DNA of 32,000 nucleotides from Candidatus Paracaedibacteraceae bacterium (GTDB lineage Bacteria; Pseudomonadota; Alphaproteobacteria; Paracaedibacterales; Paracaedibacteraceae): NCBI GenBank assembly GCA_019636035.1, contig JAHBYI010000001.1, positions 147,508 to 179,507 of the forward strand, read 5' to 3'. Shown piece by piece: positions 21,099 to 29,239 of this stretch (position 1 is its first letter; each line of letters starts with the position of its first letter). The notes under the pieces were generated by a model. It saw only the letters and a program-made list of their open reading frames with translations, ran no database searches and was not told where the DNA came from. The position numbers and the translations under genes were made by a program.

Positions 21099-22289
21099 TT
21101 ATTTTACGATCTTAGAAACAACACCGGCACCAACTGTGCGGCCACCTTCACGAATCGCGAACCGTAGACCTTCGTCCATCGCGATCGGTGCAATTAGCTC
21201 TACATCCATGCGAATGTTATCGCCAGGCATAACCATCTCAACGCCTGATGGCAATTGAACTGTTCCGGTTACGTCTGTTGTACGGAAATAAAATTGCGGA
21301 CGGTAGTTCGTAAAGAACGGCGTATGGCGACCACCTTCTTCTTTTGTCAGAATATAAGCTTCTGCTTCGAAGTTTGTGTGGGGCGTAATTGTACCCGGTG
21401 CAGCCAATACTTGACCACGTTCTACATCTTCACGCTTTGTACCACGCAAGAGAACACCAACGTTATCACCAGCTTCACCTTGATCCAAAAGCTTACGGAA
21501 CATTTCAACACCTGTACAGGTTGTCTTAATGGTATCTTTTAGACCAACGATTTCGATTTCTTCACCAACTTTAACAACACCGCGTTCAACACGACCTGTT
21601 ACAACAGTACCGCGGCCAGAAATGGAGAACACATCTTCGATTGGCATCAAGAATGGACGATCTTTCGGGCGTTCCGGTTGTGGAATGTAACGGTCTACTT
21701 CTTCCATCAACTTAAGAATCGCATCGCGACCAATTTCCGGCTTCTTGTCTTCCAAAGCACAGAGTGCTGAACCACGGACAACAGGAATATCATCACCCGG
21801 GAAGTCATAAGAAGATAGAAGTTCACGAACTTCGAGTTCAACAAGGTCAAGAAGCTCAGCATCATCAACCATGTCAACTTTGTTCATAAAGACAACAAGA
21901 GCAGGAACACCAACCTGGCGAGCCAAGAGAATGTGCTCACGTGTTTGCGGCATCGGGCCATCAGCTGAAGAAACAACCAAGATTGCTCCGTCCATCTGCG
22001 CTGCACCTGTGATCATGTTCTTAACATAGTCAGCGTGTCCCGGGCAGTCAACGTGGGCATAGTGGCGGTTTGCTGTTTCGTATTCAACGTGAGCGGTAGA
22101 AATTGTAATACCGCGAGCGCGCTCTTCAGGAGCCTTGTCGATTTGATCGTACGCTGTGAATGTTGCTCCGCCTGTTTCTGCGAGAACTTTTGTAATCGCC
22201 GCTGTCAATGAGGTCTTACCATGGTCAACGTGACCAATGGTTCCGATATTGCAGTGCGGCTTATTTCTTTCGAACTTTGCCTTTGTCAT
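21099..22289 (-). CDS. tuf: Translation elongation factor EF-Tu
   Basis: 396 aa. G1 [10 protein letters not shown]3 DCPGHADY, G4 NKVD. Full-length colinear EF-Tu ending [11 protein letters not shown]. Confidence 0.98.
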   Translation of the reverse strand: MTKAKFERNKPHCNIGTIGHVDHGKTSLTAAITKVLAETGGATFTAYDQIDKAPEERARGITISTAHVEYETANRHYAHVDCPGHADYVKNMITGAAQMDGAILVVSSADGPMPQTREHILLARQVGVPALVVFMNKVDMVDDAELLDLVELEVRELLSSYDFPGDDIPVVRGSALCALEDKKPEIGRDAILKLMEEVDRYIPQPERPKDRPFLMPIEDVFSISGRGTVVTGRVERGVVKVGEEIEIVGLKDTIKTTCTGVEMFRKLLDQGEAGDNVGVLLRGTKREDVERGQVLAAPGTITPHTNFEAEAYILTKEEGGRHTPFFTNYRPQFYFRTTDVTGTVQLPSGVEMVMPGDNIRMDVELIAPIAMDEGLRFAIREGGRTVGAGVVSKIVK

Positions 22290-22330
22290 AACTTATACAC
22301 CCTGTGATGAACTTGCTCATTAAAAAAAAT

Positions 22331-22404
22331 TGGAGCGGGTGAAGGGAATCGAACCCTCATAACCAGCTTGGAAGGCTGGGGCTTTACCACTAAGCTACAC
22401 CCGC
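22331..22404 (-). tRNA. tRNA-Gly (anticodon UCC), CCA encoded
   Basis: The minus strand reads GCGGGTG-TA-GCTT-AGTGGTA-AAGC-C-CCAGC-CTTCCAA-GCTGG-TTAT-GAGGG-TTCGATT-CCCTT-CACCCGC-T-CCA. I folded the cloverleaf by hand; the anticodon loop is CT-TCC-AA. Confidence 0.93.
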
Positions 22405-22452
22405 AATAACTAGTTGAACTTTACCATTACTGATTTACAAAATCAACCAGGA

Positions 22453-22538
22453 TGGTGGAGGGAGTAGGATTCGAACCTACGTAGACATACGTCGGCAGAT
22501 TTACAGTCTGCTGCCTTTGACCGCTCGGCCATCCCTCC
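22453..22538 (-). tRNA. tRNA-Tyr (anticodon GUA), type II long variable arm, CCA encoded
   Basis: The minus strand reads GGAGGGA-TG-GCC..GGC-A-GCAGA-CTGTAAA-TCTGC-(long variable arm CGACGTATGTCTACGT)-GTAGG-TTCGAAT-CCTAC-TCCCTCC-A-CCA. Confidence 0.92.
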
Positions 22539-22613
22539 CGGTTCATACTATCAATTATGTACTGGATTTGCCCCACTGCTGTCAACACAGTTTTTTGTTT
22601 TTTGCTATATATT

Positions 22614-23555
22614 TTAGTCAGACAGTTTCTGCACCGGGACAACAACATAGAAAAATTCATCAGCACCCAACTCCAATGGTCTTATAGCATGAATCAGGTC
22701 ACGGGTTTTCTCTAGATCATTATCCCCGGTCTCAACACACGGATGGGTACATAATGCTTTTTGATAACCGCGTATCTGCTGTATTTCAGCATTAAGCTCT
22801 GAGTCAGCACCAAATTCAGATTCCAAATCATCCGCCTGACAATCGAGTAATTCCTGATTGAATAAATACAAAACATGGTACTTATCTTCTCTATCTTTTA
22901 ATAAATAAGATCCGATAGAATCAAGCAGATAGTATTCACCAACATTATACTCACCAAAAATACGCTCCAGAAAATCAGAGAACTCCGGATATTTCAATGC
23001 CTGACCATACAGACTATGCCCAATGACATGCATAAAAACGGACGATTCTCTTTCAAAATACTGATGAGCCCCTGATTCCAGCGCATCTTCGATCCGATCA
23101 TAAATCTCAGGATCATGCTTTTTAATGTAACTATTGATTTCCCCCCGATTAAAAGCTTTAACAGCCAAACTTTCATCAGCAATCCCTGTAAGCAATATTT
23201 TCTGTACATTCGGCGCACGAATTTGACGGAGGAACGTTAACCCGTCCATATCAGGCATATCATAATCCGTGACAACAACAGAAACACGGTTATGTCGATT
23301 CTCATTGGAAATCTCGCGGTAAATCTCGTGCAAATTTGCTGAAAGAGCTGTCTCTTCGTCTTGAACCATCCAAGGCTCAAACAACGGCTGTTCATCCCGC
23401 TGATTAAGCCACTCCAAAGCATCCGTTGCGGAATGAAAAGCTTGGACTCTAAATCCTAAATCGATGATTTGCTTACTCAAAACATCTAAAATAACTTGAT
23501 CATCATCAACTAAAACAATCTGAGTTCTATAGTTCATCGGAATTACTTTGGTCAT
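22614..23555 (-). CDS. Atypical response regulator: receiver domain with an internal insertion plus a non-HTH C-terminal domain of unknown function (LqsR-like architecture)
   Basis: Receiver motifs are IVLVDDD, VVVTDYDMPDMDG (phospho-acceptor Asp), KILLTG and YIKKH. About 35 extra residues sit between helix 2 and strand 3. No recognisable DNA-binding motif occurs in the C-terminal ~170 aa. I chose the ATG at 23555 (AAGGAG 6 nt upstream). The longest ORF starts at 23573, in an ATGA overlap with the kinase stop. Confidence 0.8.
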   Translation of the reverse strand: MTKVIPMNYRTQIVLVDDDQVILDVLSKQIIDLGFRVQAFHSATDALEWLNQRDEQPLFEPWMVQDEETALSANLHEIYREISNENRHNRVSVVVTDYDMPDMDGLTFLRQIRAPNVQKILLTGIADESLAVKAFNRGEINSYIKKHDPEIYDRIEDALESGAHQYFERESSVFMHVIGHSLYGQALKYPEFSDFLERIFGEYNVGEYYLLDSIGSYLLKDREDKYHVLYLFNQELLDCQADDLESEFGADSELNAEIQQIRGYQKALCTHPCVETGDNDLEKTRDLIHAIRPLELGADEFFYVVVPVQKLSD

Positions 23556-23569
23556 GCTCAGCTCCTTAC

Positions 23570-24814
23570 TCATTTTACAACGGGGAAATAAAGTGTAAAT
23601 TCAACATAATCGCCCAATACAGAATCGCACTTTATTTTACCTCCCAAATCTAACATAACTCGACGGCAAAAAGCTAATCCTAAGCCTGTTCCATATTTCC
23701 GCTTACTGTAAAACCGATTAAATAAGTAGGGTAAATCGACAGGGTCAATCCCCCTCGCTGTATCCTTGAAATGCAAGACATTATAACCTTTTTCTCGCGT
23801 GATCCAGATGTAAATTTCGCCCTTACGAACTGCCTTGATATAATGCAACGAATTCTTCAGTAAATTATAGATCACATGCCTCATTAAATCCGGATCACCA
23901 TAAAAGATAAAATCATCAAAGGTAGCAATATTGATTTTAGCGAGTTCCAATTCGCTCAACGGATAAGATTCCAATGACTGATTCAGAATAGATGACATCT
24001 GATTAAACTGCATTTCGCTTGGGGCAGCCACCTTCAAATTGGCCAACAGCATATCAATAACCATCAAGGCATTATTTGCCGTTGCCATTAATCGATTCGG
24101 ACAATCATTAACCGCATTAATATCTTCTTTGGTTAACCGTGGTTGCTTTAATTTATTTTTCAACCATCCGGCTTCAAGATTAATAACAGCTAACGGTGTG
24201 CGCATTTCATGAGCAACAGTCCCTGCAAGCCCTCGAAGAGATGTTAATTTCTCATGAACAATTAAGCCTTTTTTATGAGCAAATAAGCTCCCGATCAAAA
24301 TTGCTGCGAATAATGTCACACCAAAATCAAAGACAGATATCTGACCAAGATCAACATAAAACGGTGGATACCAAATCTGATAAAGTCCATAGGCCAACGC
24401 GCTTCCGACAATCAAAACAGCCAAAGCAACACCGGCATCAAATAATAAAAATGTAAAAAAGAGAGAAGACACAAGCCCCATAAGCCAGACAACAGACGCA
24501 TGGTAAACAAGAGTCATAAACGAGAAAAAGAAAGGCAAACAGTAAACGACCGTACCCAGCCAATAAATTGATAAAAATTTTGATTTTGCACCAAATAACT
24601 GATCTTTTAGAACCAATCCTAAACACAAAAGGGTTGCAATCACCCGCAAAACTAAATCAACAAAGTGCCCTTGCAACGTTAGATCCGGATTCCATATAAC
24701 CCAATAAAGAGGGTAGTTCACAGCCATAACAACACCAAAAAAACGCATCATCGGCTGTGAAATATCAAGACTAAATAGTTTTTCTTTGAGGCGAATATAC
24801 CAAAATTTATCCAT
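23570..24814 (-). CDS. Membrane sensor histidine kinase, CqsS/LqsS-like (6 TM segments, no periplasmic domain, non-hybrid)
   Basis: 414 aa. Residues ~20-185 are six hydrophobic segments joined by short loops. They run into the H-box GTVAHEMRTPLAV (His202). The N-box is YNLLKNSLHY and the G-box region is YGTGLGLAFCRRVMLDLGGKIKCDS. The TM stretch CLPFFFSFMTLVYHASVVWLMG (aa 92-113) resembles, as I recall it, V. cholerae CqsS CLPFFFAFMMLMNDWSTIWAMS. Confidence 0.8.
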   Translation of the reverse strand: MDKFWYIRLKEKLFSLDISQPMMRFFGVVMAVNYPLYWVIWNPDLTLQGHFVDLVLRVIATLLCLGLVLKDQLFGAKSKFLSIYWLGTVVYCLPFFFSFMTLVYHASVVWLMGLVSSLFFTFLLFDAGVALAVLIVGSALAYGLYQIWYPPFYVDLGQISVFDFGVTLFAAILIGSLFAHKKGLIVHEKLTSLRGLAGTVAHEMRTPLAVINLEAGWLKNKLKQPRLTKEDINAVNDCPNRLMATANNALMVIDMLLANLKVAAPSEMQFNQMSSILNQSLESYPLSELELAKINIATFDDFIFYGDPDLMRHVIYNLLKNSLHYIKAVRKGEIYIWITREKGYNVLHFKDTARGIDPVDLPYLFNRFYSKRKYGTGLGLAFCRRVMLDLGGKIKCDSVLGDYVEFTLYFPVVK

Positions 24815-25502
24815 GAATACTTTCTATTAAGGCTGCAAGAGACCGCCACATCTGTAATTGATGATAGGTTATAAAGCTAAAAGATTCCCTAACAGCCTCT
24901 GAATTATTTTGCCAAATTTCTTCGAGATACCCCTCCGTTGTCTCAAAATGCTGAGCCTTCAGATGCACATTAAAGAAAATGAGCCCTTTACGTGACGTCC
25001 CTATCGATTCAGCAAGTTTAGCCAAAGCACCATAATCGATGTTATCCAAACGCTCGTAGGCTGAAAAAGCAGCAAACCCATGCTCAGCGGAATGATCCGC
25101 TAACCAACGAAGATGCCCTTTGTTAAAGTCCCGGATCGCAGAGACATAAGACTTTCCATCAATATATTCGTCCTTTAACTCAACATCATGACTTTTAGCG
25201 AACTCAATAAACATTTGTTCATGAGAAGCAGCTCCTCCATTAAACTCTTCTGCTATATTCTCGAGAACAATTCGCTTAACATCACGATTTTCAGCATGAT
25301 TACCCAAATACCACAAAAATTCATGAAAATGCCCCCGTGCATGATAAAAAATGCGAACAAATTTCTCAATCTGAGCCTTTGTCCATTGAACCGTAATCTC
25401 AGGATTAAAAATTGAAATCTTGCTGAGTTCCTGCACATACTCTGCCTCCCAGGCAATCATAAATTCTGCAACACTCTCAACTTGAATTTTTCTTGCCAAC
25501 AT
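24807..25502 (-). CDS. Heme-oxygenase-like fold, iron-containing redox enzyme family protein (Haem_oxygenas_2 / CADD / PqqC-TenA-like)
   Basis: 231 aa, predicted all-helical. The carboxylate/histidine pattern is ENIAEEFNGGAASHEQMFIEF (E81, E85, E86, H94), FSAYERLD (E150) and NVHLKAQHFE (H180, H185, E187). SD GGAAGGG (25508-25514) lies 5 nt before the ATG. The stop overlaps the kinase start by 8 nt. Confidence 0.65.
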   Translation of the reverse strand: MLARKIQVESVAEFMIAWEAEYVQELSKISIFNPEITVQWTKAQIEKFVRIFYHARGHFHEFLWYLGNHAENRDVKRIVLENIAEEFNGGAASHEQMFIEFAKSHDVELKDEYIDGKSYVSAIRDFNKGHLRWLADHSAEHGFAAFSAYERLDNIDYGALAKLAESIGTSRKGLIFFNVHLKAQHFETTEGYLEEIWQNNSEAVRESFSFITYHQLQMWRSLAALIESIHG

Positions 25503-25641
25503 AACATCCCTTCCTTTTGTTATTTATTAATTACCATTGGTTTTGAAAGAAATATATTCAGTTTCTGCCTCATTTTAAACCTTTATTTTAGGTTATGCTG
25601 TGTGCGAGAATATGAAAAAATGACCTACCCCCTTGAAATTA

Positions 25642-28449
25642 ATGACTAAAATTAATTCAAAAAATATTATTGATCTATGGACAGCCCTCGAAGTGTTATC
25701 GCCACAAGGGTTCATTCGCCCCGATGATCTGGCCTTAGGCGATAAAAAGCAAGCCCAACAAATTACAGAACAAGCCCTGCCGTGGGAACCCAAGTATCAA
25801 AGCACCATCGATCAGCATGCACCATTCTTTCAAGTGATCCTGGGCACGATTAATTTGCCTCATGCCATGGCAGCTCTCCATAAAACTTATGCAGATTCTA
25901 ACCCCGAACGAAGGCCTGCACGAGGCAACGCGATCATTGCAACACTGACCCTGGATCAAACAGGCCGACTGATTGATGAAGACCCTATTTGCATCTCAAG
26001 TTTTGCTTGGGCACTTCCTCTTGCTCTACGCGGTAATCTGGAAAAATTGGGGGATTGGGTTTCTGTTGAAGCAGCTCTTAAAGCCACAATTTATAATGCC
26101 CTTAAGAAAGAAGAGGATGATTCTGAAGAAACACTAACCTCTAAGCCTGCACAGCTGTATATCACGTTTGAAGATATTCAAAGGGCTTATCAAGCACTCC
26201 TCCAAGCAATGCACCTTTCTCCTGACATGACGCAAGCCCCCTACTTTGTCGTTAAATCATTTCAATACGTTCGCCCTCCTCTTGCCAATGGCAAAACATT
26301 TGAACCGGATCCTCCTGATCCCCTCCTTTTAAACTCGTTCTATATTGATGACTTGCTCAAGGCGAATGAATCTCTTGCAGATGACACTCTTCCTAACCTT
26401 GCCAGAAAGTACATTGAGCAAAAGCAAAACAACCCAAAATGCTTATTAAGCAACCCCACAGCCCTTGTTCGTGCTGTCTCACCGGCACGCATGCCTTCCG
26501 GCGCATGGCCACATGCCGGGGGACATACCTTGAATCTGTTACAGCAAGCCGCCGTCAACATGGCTATGGAGCTCCACGATACACCAGCGATCTTGTCGGT
26601 GAATGGCCCCCCTGGCACAGGTAAAACCACGTTGCTACGCGACATTATTGCAGCCATTGTCACCGAACGCGCTCGCGTTATGTGCGACTTTGACTATCCC
26701 ACAGATGCCTTTGTAGAAACATCCTTTGAAAAAACAGTAACAGGCACATCTTATAGTCCATTTAAACTTGATCAACGTCTCAAAGGCTTTGAAATTCTGG
26801 TTACGTCATCGAACAACAAGGCTGTTGAAAATATCACAGCAGAATTGCCAATCCGGACAGCAATCGACACGTTTAGCCCTCTATCCTATTACAAATCCTT
26901 TGCCGATAAAGTCTTAGAAAAAGATACGTGGGGATTAATGGCCGTTCCTTTGGGTAACCGTAATAATCGCTATCAATTCCGTCGAAATTTCTGGGCTGAT
27001 AAAAAAACCGGATTTCGCAATTACCTCTATACGGTACGCGGATTCAGGAAAAAAGGAGCAGACGGAGAGAATCATTTTCCGGACGAAATACATCCCATCG
27101 GTAAAAAGGCAGCCCGTACGCAGTGGCAAAAAATACGCACCGCGTTTTTAACAGCCATCGATCAAGTTGATGAAGCGTTCCATGAGCTTCACACCCTCTG
27201 CGACCTTGTTAATAACGATCCCATAGCCCATCAGCAAAAAATTGATGCTCTTGTTGAAAAACACAAAGGACAGCAGATCACGCTTGATTTTCTTAAACGC
27301 CCGCCACAGGAAATTCATCTGATAACACCCTGGATTGATACTGTTTTAGCACGCAAACGTACACAAGTCTTTGAAAAAGCAATGGCTGTCCACAAAGCCT
27401 TTATTGATGCAGCCCCCGAGCCTATTCTCAACAATCTAGGGATTTTACTGAATGATTTTGGATCGTCATCCTTAGGCTCAGAAGGGGCTGACGCCTTAAT
27501 CCCAGATCTGTGGTCGACCTTGTTTTTAGTGATTCCTGTGATCTCGACAACGTTTGCATCCGTTGCCAAGATGTTCCCGCGTATAGACACACCCTTTCTT
27601 GGTTGGGTCTTAGTGGATGAAGCAGGGCAAGCTTTACCGCAAGCAGCCCTTGGAACACTCATGCGCAGCCACCGCGCCATCGTTGTTGGTGATCCGTTGC
27701 AAATTGAGCCTGTCATGCCCTTGCCCGATACGTTGACAACGGCTCTTTGCGACCGTTTTGGGCTTCCGGCTAAACAATATGCGCCCCCCTTTGCATCAGC
27801 TCAGAATCTTGCTGACGCCATATCCTCCATCGGGTCAGTACTCGGCGAATCCAACCGTACAGTCGGCCTCCCCTTACTGGTGCACCGCCGTTGCAGCAGC
27901 CCTATGTTTGATATCTCCAACCGTGTGGCCTATGGGAACCTGATGGTGCAGGCAAAAATACCAACATCATCTCGCATCAAATCAATTATTGGTGAATCCC
28001 GCTGGATCCACGTCGAAAGTGAATGGGATGAGAAGTGGGCTCCGCTCGAAGGCGAAGTTGTCCTCAAGATTTTGTACCACCTGCGCCAAAATCATTGTGC
28101 GCCCAACCTTTATGTGGTAACCCCCTTTGCTATCATCCAAAACAAAATTCGGGAACGACTACATGCCAGCGGCATTTTAAATGGATGGGTTGAAAACCCT
28201 CGACGCTGGCTCTATGAGCATGTGGGGACAGTCCATACCGTCCAAGGACGTGAAGCCGAAGCCATCGTCTTTGTTCTGGGAGCACAAGATCCGGAACATG
28301 CCCAAGCCCGACTCTGGGCTGGGAAAAATCCAAACCTTGTCAATGTGGCTGTCACACGCGCCAAAGAAGCCTTATATGTAGTCGGCAATCGCAATCTGTG
28401 GAAAGAGTGTGGCTACTTCAAGGAATTAAATGATGTCCTGATGCCTTGA
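25642..28449 (+). CDS. Upf1/DNA2(NAM7)-like superfamily 1B helicase with an unassigned ~295-aa N-terminal domain
   Basis: Residue numbers follow the 938-aa ORF that starts at TTG 25633. Motifs: Q-like LNLLQQAAVNMA (aa ~300), motif I GPPGTGKTT (aa 325-333, nt 26605-26631), Ia VTSSNNKAVENI, II VLVDEAGQ (aa 659-666, nt 27607-27630), III VVGDPLQIEPV, V TVHTVQGREAEAIVF, VI NVAVTRAKEALYVVG. About 260 aa are inserted between Ia and II. The ATG at 25642 is preferred. No SD precedes either start. Confidence 0.8.
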   Translation: MTKINSKNIIDLWTALEVLSPQGFIRPDDLALGDKKQAQQITEQALPWEPKYQSTIDQHAPFFQVILGTINLPHAMAALHKTYADSNPERRPARGNAIIATLTLDQTGRLIDEDPICISSFAWALPLALRGNLEKLGDWVSVEAALKATIYNALKKEEDDSEETLTSKPAQLYITFEDIQRAYQALLQAMHLSPDMTQAPYFVVKSFQYVRPPLANGKTFEPDPPDPLLLNSFYIDDLLKANESLADDTLPNLARKYIEQKQNNPKCLLSNPTALVRAVSPARMPSGAWPHAGGHTLNLLQQAAVNMAMELHDTPAILSVNGPPGTGKTTLLRDIIAAIVTERARVMCDFDYPTDAFVETSFEKTVTGTSYSPFKLDQRLKGFEILVTSSNNKAVENITAELPIRTAIDTFSPLSYYKSFADKVLEKDTWGLMAVPLGNRNNRYQFRRNFWADKKTGFRNYLYTVRGFRKKGADGENHFPDEIHPIGKKAARTQWQKIRTAFLTAIDQVDEAFHELHTLCDLVNNDPIAHQQKIDALVEKHKGQQITLDFLKRPPQEIHLITPWIDTVLARKRTQVFEKAMAVHKAFIDAAPEPILNNLGILLNDFGSSSLGSEGADALIPDLWSTLFLVIPVISTTFASVAKMFPRIDTPFLGWVLVDEAGQALPQAALGTLMRSHRAIVVGDPLQIEPVMPLPDTLTTALCDRFGLPAKQYAPPFASAQNLADAISSIGSVLGESNRTVGLPLLVHRRCSSPMFDISNRVAYGNLMVQAKIPTSSRIKSIIGESRWIHVESEWDEKWAPLEGEVVLKILYHLRQNHCAPNLYVVTPFAIIQNKIRERLHASGILNGWVENPRRWLYEHVGTVHTVQGREAEAIVFVLGAQDPEHAQARLWAGKNPNLVNVAVTRAKEALYVVGNRNLWKECGYFKELNDVLMP

Positions 28450-28549
28450 GTTTCCAAAGTTTGATACGACGGTATAGATATCTCATGAAAGGATAAAGAA
28501 CTAGAACAGATACAGTACATATCTCATGAAACCACTGCTCCCTTTCTGA

Positions 28550-29200
28550 TTAAGCCGCCTCGGCTCCGTTCGGTTTAAATTTTCGGGGTTTGCGCACTGG
28601 TTTACCTTGGTCAAAGGTTGTGATCTCAGCAATAACACCGTTGGGAAAATATTTGACGGTATCGCCTTGCAATTTATCATCTTTGTATTTCTCATGGATT
28701 GCCACAGCACCCGTATCCGGGAAATAGCTAAAAGAATCACCCTGCAATAAATCAACCTGATAGAAAGACTTTTTCGTCATGGTTCCATTGGGTGCATAAA
28801 CTTTCATCTCACCGTGTTTCTTCCCGGCTTTCATTTGAGTGGTGACATTAACATCTTTACCGTTAGGATGATAAATTATTGTCGTCCCGTCTTGCAGGCC
28901 ATCTTTATAGGTCGTTTCAAGGAACATTACACCCTTTTTATACATTTTTGAAGAGCCTTCTAAAACCCCCATCTTATAAGCCTGTTCCAATTCGACATGC
29001 CCGCCATCATCATAAGCCTTATAAACACCATCTAGCTTGGCTGCCTTAAAATTCATATCTTTTTCGACTTTGCCATCCGGATAAAAGGTCTGGCAAGCCC
29101 CCTCGAGCTTACCGTCCTTGTAGGTTTCACGTTTGGCCAGAAAGCCTTTTTTCTCATCCTTTTTTTCCACTATGCCATCTTTAGGTTTTGTTTCCGCCAT
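28550..29200 (-). CDS. MORN-variant (YwqK-family) repeat protein, no signal peptide
   Basis: 216 aa built from about 7 tandem units of ~23 aa, of the form Y.dGk.eG....YypnGk. Examples are YKDGKLEGACQTFYPDGKV, YKDGLQDGTTIIYHPNGKD, KHGEMKVYAPNGT, YKDDKLQGDTVKYFPNGVI. SD TAAGGA lies 7 nt before the ATG. The gene is directly downstream of vgrG on the same strand. Confidence 0.75.
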   Translation of the reverse strand: MAETKPKDGIVEKKDEKKGFLAKRETYKDGKLEGACQTFYPDGKVEKDMNFKAAKLDGVYKAYDDGGHVELEQAYKMGVLEGSSKMYKKGVMFLETTYKDGLQDGTTIIYHPNGKDVNVTTQMKAGKKHGEMKVYAPNGTMTKKSFYQVDLLQGDSFSYFPDTGAVAIHEKYKDDKLQGDTVKYFPNGVIAEITTFDQGKPVRKPRKFKPNGAEAA

Positions 29201-29239
29201 AATATATCCTTACTTGGTCATTTCAAAGGCAACTAGCGG

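Noticed and set aside
22545-22585. Promoter for the tRNA-tuf operon: TTGACA at 22580-22585 with candidate -10 elements TACATA, CATAAT or TAGTAT
   Set aside because: The best -10 match (CATAAT) lies 20 nt from the -35, and the others match poorly. I did not list it as a feature and mention it only in the tuf-context finding.
22427-22666. 79-aa minus-strand ORF in the ORF track
   Set aside because: It runs straight through tRNA-Tyr (22453-22538) and overlaps the regulator 3' end. Its sequence is low-complexity and it has no SD. It is a spurious ORF.
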